A DNA stretch of 46,402 nucleotides, taken from contig NC_068984.1 of NCBI RefSeq assembly GCF_001194135.2, positions 30,992,456 through 31,038,857 of the forward strand, in the 5' to 3' direction. The DNA is from Octopus bimaculoides (Eukaryota). Below are positions 11,291-23,580 of this stretch, piece after piece. The translations under genes were made by a program, and so were the position numbers. Below the pieces are notes generated by a model that saw nothing but the letters and a program-made list of their open reading frames with translations, was not told the origin of the DNA and searched no databases. How positions within the stretch are numbered: position 1 is the first letter of the stretch; the number at the start of each line of letters is the position of its first letter.

Positions 11291-11589
11291 TCTTTTTCAA
11301 AAATGTAAGGCTGCATTGAATCAAGTAAGATTTCTTTTTCAAAAAGAAGCACTAGATGGGTTTGTCATGGCTAGAATGTCATGGGCCTGCATGACTAGAG
11401 CTAATCTAGTATTTAACAGCAACAATTTATGTTTATTTTATTAACAAACAATCAGGTGTAAGTCAAAGTTTAATGCAGCCAATTTTGAAATCTGAACTAA
11501 ACACTACATGGTTTGTAATTTATACGTCAATTATAATCAGTGAATTTCATTATTTAAGATTTATCAAGAAGATGAACTGGTAGAATTGT

Positions 11590-11770
11590 TAAGATGTTGG
11601 ACAAAACACTTGGTGGCATTTCTTACAGTTCTTTACGCTCAAGGTTCAAATTCAGTTGACTTTGTCTTACCCCTTTCAGGTTCAATAAAATTAGTACCAG
11701 CTGAACGATGGGAATCAATGTTATCAACTAACACTTACCCTTTGAAATTACTGGTCTTCTGCCACAATTT
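11590..11770 (+). mobile_element. Degenerate SINE (family of 43621-44088)
   Basis: ggttcaaattc...gactttgtcttacccctttcaggttcaataaaattagtaccagctg...gggaatcaatg. Confidence 0.6.
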
Positions 11771-13127
11771 AAAACCATTATTTAGATTTATTATTTCTGG
11801 GGCAATATCAACAGCAGAAACATTATAAAAATGTATGAATGTTCTGTAGTTTCAGTTTGGAGAGTTATTCAGCCAAGACAGATTTTAATCAATATAATAT
11901 TTGTAAAGAATTGTTTACAACTAATTATATGACAATTCTTATGTTAAAAGTTTTGATCATAAAATGAACTTCTTAACAACCTTCTTTGTTACATTTGTTC
12001 TGTCTATATAATATGGCATAGTGATAGTGTTGGAATGCTATTAGTCTTTAGTCCTTTGTCAGCCCTGGTTGAACTGACTAATGATTAAAGGTATTCCACC
12101 TTTAATCATTTTGTCTTCTTATGATTTTATATAATCCATTTTTTTTATAGGTATGGTTTGAAAGAAATTTTGGCTGTTATTTTTAGTAGGTTTTTATTAG
12201 AACATCCTCTGCTGTTTCTCATTTAAAATATTTTTGAAAGATAAACTAATGTAAGCATTTGACTTCACCCTGGAATACCAATTTCATACATTGCCGCAAG
12301 ACTATATATTTATATTACTTAGTTGATTGAACCATCCATGGAAAGTACTTGTGAGCTATTTCATCAACTCTAAAATAAAACGTACACAGTCATCCCTTGA
12401 AGGATTTGAACTTAAAATGTAAAACTTTATAAAGAAAATGCCAATACTGTGGTGTTTTATGATTTCTGCTACTCATATGTCATCCACATCTCAGTTGTAC
12501 TACATATACCATGGTGACATTAACAGAAGGAAGCCAAACTCAACCATGGTGAGATTTGAATTCTATAGCATGAAATCTTGAACTAGATCCAATAAAGAAT
12601 TTATTCTATCTGTAGTTTTCACTGGCTCCAATACTTTCTAATAACTAGGATCATTGCATGTGTGAATGGGCATATGTTAATGTGAATATATGTATTTCTA
12701 GTTGTTAGTCAAATAGACAAGAAGTTTTATTTACCTTAACATGCATAACAGGATGAATAAAAACATATATCATTGTTTACAAATAGATCATGTTAAAATT
12801 GATCATGAGTTTATATTTATACATTTCAATGGAAAATGTTTCAAATATCCAAGAATAACTTTCTAAACATTAATTTGCATACACTGACAATGTGTACTTA
12901 AGAAGAATATTATTTGGAAATAATAAATGTTTAGACAATTAGAAAAAAAGAATGATAGTCGTTTTAACATAAGTTAGAGAAAATCTGCAAATTGCAAGAA
13001 ATATATATTGATATCAAAACAATCTGTGAAAGAACTATTGATATAGTTTTACGTTATTTTGGTGGAAACAGCTAATATTTGTTGTAACATGCTTTTTATT
13101 ACTCCTACTATATTACTAATAATACCC

Positions 13128-13238
13128 ATACATACATACATACATAGACAGACAGGCAGACAAACTGAGAGTAAGACAGACAGACAGACATACAGACAGA
13201 TAAACAGACACACACACAGATAGATAGATAGATAGATG
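13128..13238. repeat. Compound tetranucleotide repeat (ATAC)n(AGAC)n(AGAT)n
   Basis: Direct reading. Confidence 0.9.
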
Positions 13239-13239
13239 T

Positions 13240-13500
13240 AAGGGTGTGTGAATGTCTGTATATTTGTGTCCCCCTGTCTTTACATCATGTAATGCTATGA
13301 ATGAATGTCATTCAGATCTAATATTCCTTGAAAGCATGTCTGACCATGATAAATTATTACCTTACTACCTTTCTTTGAATCAGGTAAGAGTTAATGATAG
13401 GATGGGCATCCAGCTGTAGAAAATCTACTTCAATAAACTTCATCCTACCCACACTACCTTGGGAAAGTGGACATCATAAATAATGATGACGATGATGTCA
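13240..13500 (+). mobile_element. Old SINE-like element ending in the RTE-type 3' module and (GAT)n tail
   Basis: ggatgggcatccagctgtagaaaatc...gggaaagtggacatcataaataatgatgacgatgatg. Confidence 0.6.
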
Positions 13501-13779
13501 TGTATTTATTTATATAAGTTTCCTCATGTGTTACATCACACAGAACTAATCCATTGCCTAGTTTAAAGTCATTGACTTCTTCATGGGTGCTGTTAGTAAA
13601 AATCAAGAAATGAGACCAAATCAGTATCTTGATATAAAAAAAATTTCTACTGCAGCAACCCTTGAGATATAAGTTTCTTTCTTCCATATGTACTACTATT
13701 ACTCCTCTAACTTGGCTATATTAAGAATGTAAGCACAGAGACATGTCTAGGTTTAAAGTGGAGATTTTGTTTGTTTTTA

Positions 13780-14620
13780 TTTGCTGGATCTGGAGGGAGA
13801 AGCAATGCCTATGGTATGTGTAGGCTTTCTTAGACAAGTGAAACTGGTGCCATTAATGCTACTCTTGAACCTGTGTAAATCAATACTTGCAGGAGAGACA
13901 GGGAGGGAATTCTGAAGGATCAAGATTCTAGGAAAGAAAATCTGTGTTTGATTATTAGTGCAGGGCCTGGGGAGGGTGTTGAACACAATAAGGGTGATAA
14001 AAGAAAGAAAAGAGAGTGGGACAGGAATAGCTGTGTAGAGTTGATATGAGCTCAGTCAATTCTTAGGAACAGAAGTTATTATACTGATGATAGAAAAGAC
14101 AGTAAAAAAGAGACAGAAGCCCAATGGGCTGAAAGGCTGAAGTGTGCCTGTGACTAACTTTATACCTGTCAGTTTGATGGTTCTTTTCTGGATGCAGTCT
14201 AGAATATCTATGTCTGCAGCAACATCACTAGCTGAGAAGCTAGAGCAAAACTGCATTTTGGGGCCTCACCTGAGCTTTGTAGAGCAGGGGTTGGCAAACT
14301 GGAGTAAATTACCCCAAATTAGTAATAAGGACTCATTAGACAAAAGTAAAACAATATATAAAAAAACGTGTTCCTGTTATGGCAGAAAATTTTCTTCTGG
14401 CAACACTGTATCTGTCCAAGGTAATGGATGTTTAAACATATTCATATAAATAGATTCAATAAACCTTTTGAATTCAAATAGTCTATGATCTTCTTCCCTT
14501 CAAATCAAGGAGATAATGTTGTGACATCAACGAATATATGTTGGGGTAATTGGTTAAAAAGGTTCTCCAGCCCCGGTTGTAGAGTATCAATAATTAACAG
14601 ATGAAGTATCACTACTGCCA
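13780..14620 (-). mobile_element. CR1/Jockey-group LINE 3' end, degenerate, interrupted by a hAT MITE
   Basis: Removing 14285-14584 restores LLILYKAQVRP...DILDCIQKRTIKL...LCLF...HPY...QIFFPRILILQNSLP...DLHRFKSSIN, the typical post-RT C-terminus of CR1-like elements. Confidence 0.8.
14285..14576. mobile_element. Non-autonomous hAT-type MITE with perfect 8-bp target-site duplication
   Basis: TTGTAGAG at 14277-14284 and 14577-14584; termini CAGGGGTTGGCAAACT and reverse-complement CCGGGGCTGGAGAACC (11/16 match). An 8-bp TSD and CAGGGG ends are hAT hallmarks. Confidence 0.88.
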
Positions 14621-14655
14621 TCAATTTTCCCTTAGTATCACTATCATTAAATGGA

Positions 14656-15086
14656 ATCTAGGACATTTACCCCACCCCATGGTCAATAAACACTCCAAGG
14701 ACAATTACCCTGAGGACAACAGATGATGATTTAAAACTTCTTAATATATTAGAGAAGGGGTAACTAACCAAGTGAGTTAATTTTCCTAGGGGGTAGCTGT
14801 CATCATCATCATCATCATCGTTTAATGTCCGCTTTCCATGCTAGCATGGGTTGGACGATTTGACTGAGGACTGGTGAACCAGATGGCTACACCAGGCTCC
14901 AATCTGATTTGGCAGAGTTTCTACAGCTGGATGCTCTTCCTAATGCCAACCACTCCAAGAGTGTAGTGGGTGCTTTTACGTGCCACCGGCATGAAGGCCA
15001 GTCAGGTGGTACTGGCAACGGCTACGTCAGGGGTAATTGTCTGATGGCAGGTAATTGCCCTAGGGGGCTGGGGTAATTGTCCTGAT
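14656..15086. mobile_element. Fold-back MITE-like element with GGACAATTACCC sub-repeats, interrupted by an RTE-tail copy
   Basis: Left: ggacatttacccc 14661, ggacaattaccc 14699; right: gggtaattgtct 15031, ggggtaattgtcctga 15070; inverted orientation. Confidence 0.65.
14801..15027 (-). mobile_element. 5'-truncated RTE-tail copy with one 66-bp-type unit and (GAT)n tail
   Basis: catcatcatc...gtttaatgtccgctttccatgctagcatgggttggacg...ctacagctggatgctcttcctaatgccaaccac...ttttacgtgccaccggc...ccagtcagg is the reverse complement of the 9156-9365 and 39800-39986 modules. Confidence 0.92.
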
Positions 15087-16294
15087 ACATATTAAATGAC
15101 CTCTAAAAGGTTCTGTGAACCATAGTTTAGCTATTAAAACTATATCAAATTACTCAAATTAGTTATAGACTGTTTCATTCGAGGTTCAGGTTTCTAGCAG
15201 AGATTTTATACAGTTTCACAATTGCAACTGCTTGTAAATGTATGCTGCAGAAATGTTTTAGGACACAGTATGCTAATCAGATTTTACCCCTAAACAACTG
15301 TTTATACTTCATCTGATATTTTTCTCCCACTATTGTTTTCAACAACATGAAAGGAACCGCATTTGACTTCAGTGAAAGCCCCTTGCAGCTACATTTGTGA
15401 AATATAAGTTGTATCTCGGATTCAAGATTTTGTAGTCCATTTTCACTGCAGACTTACTTTGTTCAACTGATCATTACTATTGAACCAGTGTCAAATATCT
15501 GTGTGTATGTGTGTGTGCCTGTACACATACACACACACACATAAGCATGTGCATGTTTATGCATATATGAATGCACATGTGAATGTTTGTGGAGGGAGAG
15601 AAAAACAGAGAATTTGGCTGTGCAATATGTATGTAAACATGTATGTCAAGTGATACTCTAGATTTTAAAATATGATTATTACTTTTTTTTTTCACCTCAG
15701 ATTGCTTCAAGATAAAGTGGATATTCAATTGTTGTCAAACTTTTGATATGAAACTGATATAAAATATATCAAAGTTATATATCATTTCCTTTACATTAGA
15801 GACTCTTTACCTTCTACTATTTATGAGAAATATATAGGAAGTATTTACAAGTTCTGCTTAAAGCTACTACTTATAATAATAGTAATAATAATAGTATTGG
15901 AATCTAAGTATTCTTTTAATATTGGTATGATATATTTGAGTCACTAAGTGCATGTGTATATTCACTATGCTGAGGATTTAAAAAAAAATATTTTGTGGAG
16001 TGTGCTTTGATATTATATTTATGGATTGCAAAAATTCCTTTAAGGGTTTATCTAATACTGTTATACATACTTTGAAAGGCTGCGTCCACTTAAGTCAATG
16101 ACAATCTAAAGTCTTATACAAGTGTCATTCAAGAAGTTTTGAGACTTTTTCAGGTGAGTTATTAATTAATTTCAAAGTAGAACAAAACTCCAATCGCCTT
16201 CAGATTAGGATCCTCTGTCTTCAATGCACTTACTCTGGTGCTACAGCCACTTTGTGAAGGCCTTTTGGAAATCCTCTGAAGTGATAAGGGCAAT

Positions 16295-16392
16295 GATAAT
16301 GATGATGACTATGATGACTATGATGACAACAATGACAACAACAACAACAACAACAACAACGATGATGATGATGATGATGGTGATGATGTTTG
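16295..16392. repeat. Compound trinucleotide repeat (ATG)n(ACA)n(ATG)n
   Basis: Direct reading. Confidence 0.95.
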
Positions 16393-16801
16393 ATGGAGCC
16401 AAGGTGAGGCAAGTAGTGATGATGGCAGAAAAACACGACCATAGCTATCCCCTTTTCTTGAAAGGACCACCAGATCAGGAGCGTGTCAATTTTAGAGAAT
16501 ACCTGATTTTTTAAGATTATCCCCCTTCCTCAATATAAATTGATCCCAGTTACTAACTTATGATTCTTTTACCTTTCTGGACTTGAAAACATTTTCAATA
16601 GATCAAGAATATGTCTTGTATGTTATTCGATATACTTTATTTGAACAACATGGTATCATTAACAATGAGCTGTATCTTTCACACACACAAAGATATTTAT
16701 AAAGAAAATTTTCTGATGCAACATCCTACAGCTAACAGCATTCGACATTAGTAAATACATGATAAAAGTTACACACATCGTTTTATGCATAGCTCTTCAA
16801 T

Positions 16802-17025
16802 AGTGCTGGTGGCACAAAAATAGCACTCAGTACACATTGCAAAGTGGTTGGCATTAGGAAGGGCATCCAGCTGTACAAACTCTGCCAAATCAGATTGGAG
16901 CCTGGTGCAGTCATCTGGTTTGNNNNNNNNNNGCCTGGTGCAGTCATCTGGTTTGCCAGTCCTCAGTCAAATCGTCCTACCCATGCTAGCATGGAAAGCA
17001 GACGTTAAATGACGATGATGATGAT
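16802..17025 (+). mobile_element. 5'-truncated RTE-tail copy spanning a 10-N gap
   Basis: gtggttggcattaggaagggcatccagctgtac...catgctagcatggaaagcagacgttaaatgacgatgatg; 23 nt are duplicated across the gap at 16923-16932. Confidence 0.9.
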
Positions 17026-17223
17026 GCATACACACACACACATGCACGCACGCACACACACACACACAGACACACACACATATATATAGATTTGATTTTT
17101 TGTCAGTTATAATAAAAACTATTTAAGATTAAACTGAAGAATTACTCTATAGTTTTTATAGAGTACATTACCTATTGTACTCTTACAATATATAGAATAA
17201 TATGTAGTCTTATGTATAAATAT

Positions 17224-17311
17224 NNNNNNNNNNNNNNNNNNNNNNNNNNNNNNNNNNNNNNNNNNNNNNNNNNNNNNNNNNNNNNNNNNNNNNNNNNNNN
17301 NNNNNNNNNNN
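17224..17311. other. Assembly gap
   Basis: Run of N. Confidence 0.99.
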
Positions 17312-17404
17312 TGTATGTATTTACTTGCATGCATATAGATAAATAGATAACTTCATGTTTAAAAATGCATACCAATGATATACTTTTCTAATGCATTTAC
17401 ATGC

Positions 17405-17743
17405 CATTCCCAGCTTGATCACCTGATATTTTGAATTACGATTATTTTCTTTAGGGAAAGTGTTCATTGAAGGGAAAATTTTGTCAATAAACAGTGCACA
17501 TTAAAGGAATAGAAAGCTGCTACTCATCAGGAAATTACAGCGATACCTCAAGACATGGTGTGATATACAATGCAGAACTTCCAAGCTAGGCTCCAAGTAT
17601 GTGTACAAAACAATGGAAGGCATTTGAATGACATTATTATGAAGACTAAATGAACAGTTATTTATTTGTTACTTATATGTTGTTAAAAGGCACACATTGT
17701 TCTGTACATTTAAACAACATCGTATTCATTTAATAACACTCTG
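17405..17743 (+). mobile_element. Tc1/mariner transposase 3' remnant plus right TIR
   Basis: PA*SPDILNYDYFL*G...FVNKQCTLKE*KAATHQEITAIPQDMV*YTMQNFQARLQVCVQNNGRHLNDIIMKTK*, matching the WPPRSPDL..DFFLWG...CI...G.HL pattern. The end reads CAGAGTGTTATTAAATGAAT on the minus strand. Confidence 0.8.
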
Positions 17744-19779
17744 TTTTCCTTGCTGGACCTTGTATTTAGCTTCAGGAATATTTCTGAATAAATTTGTCTT
17801 GCTTAAAAATTAAGGCTTGTATGATATTATTTCCAATACTTTATATAAGATATCCCCATTGTTCTCAATGTATCAGATATGCAGCATGGACAATTTGTAT
17901 TCATATCTTTGCTTTCCAATTTTAGTTCCCAAATAAAGCAAACAAGTGTAATTTGATAAGAGTAAAGTGATAATTTGATTTGTTGAGGATCTTCAGGTTA
18001 TAGCAACATAAGTTGTCTCCATTTGAATACTCACCTTACTTCACACTTACTTAATATTCATCATGGCTTGTGGATAGTAAAATACTTATTCTTCAGGTCA
18101 TCAGTCATTAGAAAAACTTACTTTCAAATCTAAATATGAATAAATAAATGAAATATATTATTTTGGTGAGTGAGGTGAAGAAAGCTGAAAGTAGTGTCTC
18201 AGGTGACTAACAAGTACCATAAAAGGCATATATATGAAGTACATTTTCAACGTATCAGAAAATACGACTAATAGCATATAGAGATACCTTTCAAAGAGGG
18301 CCCATACTATACACTAAATTATGCTTGCTAATATAAGTATTGGCTGCTGTAGATGACTTCCAGTGTCAGCTAGAGCAGGATGTGAACACTGAGCAACTCT
18401 AAGATTGCCACACATAGTTGATCAACCAGAAAGCTGGAAGGCAGCTGTAGTTTACCAAGCACTGTCTGAAACATTCTAAGTTACTCATTAGCCGTGTCAT
18501 TGACTAAGAACCAGTCCATGAGGTTATAACCCAAATGTATCTTCGAAAGTCCGCACAAGATGATGGGGACAGTGGGTAGCAACTGTTGATGAACTTACAA
18601 AGCTCATGATGGAAAGGGGATAAGTATTGCATTTCTCACTGTGCATGGTGTAAAGGCAAGCTGTAGTCACCATCATAAGAAAACAAGGTCTTAAGATGCA
18701 AATGATTGCATATTGTTTGTCCTCAATATATTCTTAGTAAGTTCCACTTTTTAAGCAAGTTCAGTATTTTTACAGAATCTAGCTTGGATTGGACCTAGGT
18801 TTGTCCTTCTTAAACAATTTTCATTCTTGCACTTATGGTCCTTCCTGAAAGATAGAGCTAAATAACCTAAAATTACTTCACTACTTGTTTGTAAGCTGGT
18901 GGCATAGTGGTTAGGAATGTTATTATACATAAATTAAAGGTAAATGTTCTGAGTTTCAATCTTTGCTGAGATTAAGAATATGTACAGATATATATTCCCT
19001 AAAGAGAAGATTAATAACTTTTCCTGGTTTCAACCATTGTAATCTGTACATGCTAGGGCTCTCCCTTCGAAGATTTTATCAAATCAGTCAGTCCAATTTT
19101 TGTTTATTTTATGGCCAAGTTACCTTTTTAAATGAAAATGCTACAAGTTGAAACATTGATTCACATAGATACAGATAAACATCGATGTATATACATACGT
19201 GAACTCAAGAAAGATTTCAGCTAACATTTCACTTACAAGTCAAATGTAACACATTTCCCATTTAAAGTATTAGACAATGTGAGACTACAGTAGTTCTAAA
19301 TCAGATTGAACCTGGACATACATAGTTTTGAAGAAAACTTCTTATCCACTTCGCTATGTCTGAGCAACAAAAAGAGAAAAATAATGTTGTTAGACATGTG
19401 TTTTACATAGTTTATTAGAATCAAAGTATTACATAACAATAAATTACGTGACAAGAATTCAACATTCTGTTTTATATCAAATATGAGTAGTTGTGTGAAT
19501 ATCTTTTAGCAGTTAAGCACTTTGTAAATGTATTATTTATATCATGAGATGTGACTATTTTTTTAACACTTTTCATTGCAACGCAGTTCTATCTTATAGC
19601 ATCCTTCATTATAACTTGTTTTAAGTAAATGATAGTTAAATCCTACAATCTGTCTTTCTCCTTGTGAGCTATACATTTTGGTTTTATTTATATCTTATTT
19701 CATTACAGACCACTGGACTTTGATAAGCTGTTTTGGAAATTTATTCTACAGTGATGAAGTGGTGGAGTCATTTGAGTAT

Positions 19780-19990
19780 CATACAAACTGCCATGTAGTA
19801 TTTGTTCTGGCCCTGCTCTCTGAGTTCAAATCTCATTGGGTGAACTTTACTTTTCATCCTTTCAGGATTGATAAATAAAGTACCAATCAAAAGCAGTGAA
19901 TTAGTAGAACTGTAAGAACGTCAGTCCAGATGTCTTGCAGCTTTTGTTCCAGCTCTCTATGTTCAGAGTTCAAATTTTACCATTGCTTAC
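19780..19990 (+). mobile_element. Degenerate SINE copy plus a partial second head (family of 43621-44088)
   Basis: gagttcaaatctc...ctttacttttcatcctttcaggattgataaataaagtacc, then again ...cagagttcaaatttt. Confidence 0.6.
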
Positions 19991-20774
19991 TTAGGTGATA
20001 GGCTTGATCTCTCACCCAGCTTAGCACCACTACCAAGCATCTTGGGTGCCTCTTGCTGAATCGACCTTGTTGCAAGGATTTAAGTCAAGTTTCTGATTTG
20101 AGAATAGATTCCTTCCTCCCTTCCACTAGTCTTGGAGGCCCTAGAACAGGTCATGAGCATTAAATTTCTTTCTGCTTAAAAGATAAAACAATTTCAATAA
20201 AACCAGACCAACTAACCATGTCTATAAAAATACACAAGTGCATGCAGACGCATGCACGTTCACCTTCAAAATGCACTCCTTTCCACCACCACCACCTCCA
20301 AGGAATCTATTTAGTTTCACCTCCATAAAAATAATTCTCAAACACACATACAAACAACATACTCTTTCTCCCTTCCACACATGACATAACACCCTCTGTG
20401 TAAATTCAAGTGGAAACCAAGATCTGTGCACCAATATTCAATCCCCAGTTTATCTTTCATATCCCTTCTTCGTGCCCTGACCCTATCACCATCTCCATTT
20501 TTTTCTGCTCCAGATCCTGCCTCTTCAAATCATTATCTTCAACATTCACACAACAATTGCATACTGACAATACACATTATTGCAGATTTGTGCATTATTA
20601 ACTTATTAAATTATTAGTTTTTAGTTGAGCTCACTCTCTACATCACTCATAGAGATCTACTCCGACTCAAAAGCACAGTTTGTCTTTCCTTGGAGTTTTT
20701 GTTGTTACAGACTTGAATCAACTTCACAGTTTGCCAGCCCACATGCAGGATGTTTTTATGAGACACCACTAATG

Positions 20775-20812
20775 TGGATGACTATTAGCTCTCAGTGAGC
20801 TCATCAGATCCA
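20775..20812 (-). ncRNA. Degenerate minimal hammerhead-ribozyme-like motif (core GAAA lost)
   Basis: Minus strand: TGGAT-CTGATGA-GCTC-actga-GAGC-TAATA-GTC-ATCCA. Stem I (5 bp), CUGAUGA, stem II (4 bp, G-C first pair) and GUC are correctly placed; TAATA replaces GAAAC and stem III. Confidence 0.4.
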
Positions 20813-22039
20813 TTCAGGAAATTCTTGCTACTGGCACCATGTAACCCAGTTCTACCTGTTTCATGGTTAGGCAGTCAGTGACTAAACCAGTTTACCCCAC
20901 CTGGCTTGCCAGGTGAAGAAGGTGTTGTAGACACTATTCAAAACAAAAACCAAAACCTGTGAAAGACAAATGAGCTCAGTGTGAGCCAACAGTCATTCAC
21001 TTGAGTGAGTGATATTTTAGTTGATAGTACCAATAGAACAGTGAAATTAACGATGAAACATTACCAAATGCTACTTCAAATATTTCATATTTTGCTTACT
21101 TTTTACTCAACCTGATATAAAGTTCAAGTGGTTTGTTGTAGTTGCAGTTAATAAACTTGTATGATGGAGCATTAAAAATTCCCTCCCAACAAAAATGGGA
21201 GCAATAGACTTAAATGCTGTTAGCATATTAAATACTAAAACACTGCATGGGGAAAATTAAAAAATATTAATTAACCAACACTTTATTTGCACTAAAGAGA
21301 AATAAACATTGGATCAATATCTAAATCTCTCCCAAAAAGGCGGGAGAATAGCTACCAACTCAAAATATATGCAAATTAAATGGGCTAACTTCAAATTCTC
21401 AATTATTAAAAATAGGTAAAACATCCATTCTTAATTATTCTGGGCAATTTTTTAATTGAATGTATGGTAATTGTTATATTTTACTTCTGGATCAAATTTA
21501 TGGAGTGTCTATAAAAATATACAATTTTAAAATTTCTTTTACTAAATAAATCTAATTTGATTTTAGCTGAGAGGATTAACTGGCATTTGGTAGATAAGTC
21601 GAAGAAATTGTCTTTATAGCATTTAATGTTGTAAATGATATCATGCTAGCTAATATTAGTTTGTCTGAGATGTTGAGAAGTTTCTGTATTTTATGAGATT
21701 CTATGTCTGTTTTGTTGTGAATATTCTCACTTCTTTACTTCTTACCTTTACAAAATAAAAGTTATATTTTTCACTGTTGTTTCTTATATGGCTATTATCA
21801 AAGAGGCTAGCTTAGAGTTTTAATGAATAAATAAATAAAGCCACATGGGTCCTAAAGATATATGCTAATCTGCTACAATGTGCGAATGTACATACATAGA
21901 TGTATGTATACAAATATTTTCATTTATATGCAGACATTTACCCACCAACATTTTCATTCATTCACTAACAACACCCACACACACACACACACACATACAC
22001 AGAAGGTAGATTCTATTGGCCAGAGTATCAAACTTTTAG

Positions 22040-22753
22040 TATGAATTTAATATCCTAGTTCTTGCTCATACACAGATGCACACATGTATATATGAAAATT
22101 TATATACATAGTATGATATAGAGATATGTATGTACATATATTTATTAACATCCAGTATGACATGTGCACACTTATATATTTCCCAAGATACGTATGGCTA
22201 TGTATATTCATAAGAATGCTATGCTGGTTTATGTTTGTGAAAGTCAATCTATTGAAGAGAAGCAAGAGTAAAGAAATATTTATCTGTCTCTTATTTATTG
22301 AAATTACTGGCACTTGCAACAAGCTTATATGTATATATAGAATATAGATGGGTGTGTGCATGTGAGTGTGTGCATTTGTGTGTGTATAAATATATATATA
22401 CACACATACATATGCATATATTTGTTCATATGTATATAATACAACACACACAAACACGAGTGTATTTGAAAACACACACATATATTATATATATATATAT
22501 ACACACATATAAGTGTATATATGAATATATGCACATATATACATGCAAATATATATACAGATAAATACATATTTTATGTACATGTATGTGTATGTGTGTC
22601 TGTGTGCATGTATGTGTAAGTATGCATATATGTATGCATGTTTATAAAGGTATATACCTAATTTTATGTATCTCTACACTTTATCATTATTTTCCTTTGT
22701 TCTCTTCCAATATATATTAGCTTTGATAGATGGTGGTTGTCTATCTATCTATC

Positions 22754-22800
<47 letters not shown>

Positions 22801-22859
22801 TTGTCTGTCTATCTGTCTGTCTGTGTATGTATATATGTATATATGTATATATGTATTTA

Positions 22860-22892
<33 letters not shown>

Positions 22893-22900
22893 CTTCACAT
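22040..22900. repeat. Extended cryptic (TA/CA/TG)n and (ATCT)n microsatellite field
   Basis: Direct reading; (ATCT)n at 22740-22800; source of many spurious Y/I/H/T/C/V-rich ORFs. Confidence 0.9.
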
Positions 22901-22921
22901 CTAAACAAATATAAACACACA

Positions 22922-23073
22922 NNNNNNNNNNNNNNNNNNNNNNNNNNNNNNNNNNNNNNNNNNNNNNNNNNNNNNNNNNNNNNNNNNNNNNNNNNNNNNN
23001 NNNNNNNNNNNNNNNNNNNNNNNNNNNNNNNNNNNNNNNNNNNNNNNNNNNNNNNNNNNNNNNNNNNNNNNNN
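22922..23073. other. Assembly gap
   Basis: Run of N between CA- and (GT)n repeats. Confidence 0.99.
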
Positions 23074-23074
23074 N

Positions 23075-23108
<34 letters not shown>

Positions 23109-23374
23109 ATCCGTGCAGCCTTGCATATATGTTTGTGTTTGAATGGAGATTTAAAAACAGAGTCTAAAGAATATCCATTGATCACAATGCCAGATGTTTA
23201 TGACACTCTGGTAGAATGTTACAACAGCTGTGTTAATTTCTACAGTTATCTCATACAAAAGAAAAAAAGAAACAAAACCGAAAACAAACAATAATTTCAA
23301 TAAATTGTTGAATAATTTGGCATTTCCACTCTTTCTTACGTATTTCCTTTCTTTTATACATGCACACCAACATA

Positions 23375-23441
23375 TATGCATACATACATACATACATACA
23401 TATACATATATGTGTGTATGTGTGTGTGTATGTATACGAAT

Positions 23442-23524
<83 letters not shown>

Positions 23525-23580
23525 ATGTATCTAAGTATACATATACATAGATATGTAGACACACGCACACACACACACAC
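23375..23580. repeat. Compound microsatellite (ATAC)n(GT)n(CA)n(TA)n(GA)n
   Basis: Direct reading. Confidence 0.95.

Noticed and set aside
16900-16955. 23-bp direct repeat on both sides of a 10-N gap
   Set aside because: Typical unmerged contig overlap; the single-copy version matches sister elements, so it is an assembly artefact.
20820-20905. Attempted HDV-like ribozyme fold on the minus strand
   Set aside because: It needs an 11-nt L3, a mismatched P1 and an unstructured long P4; not convincing.
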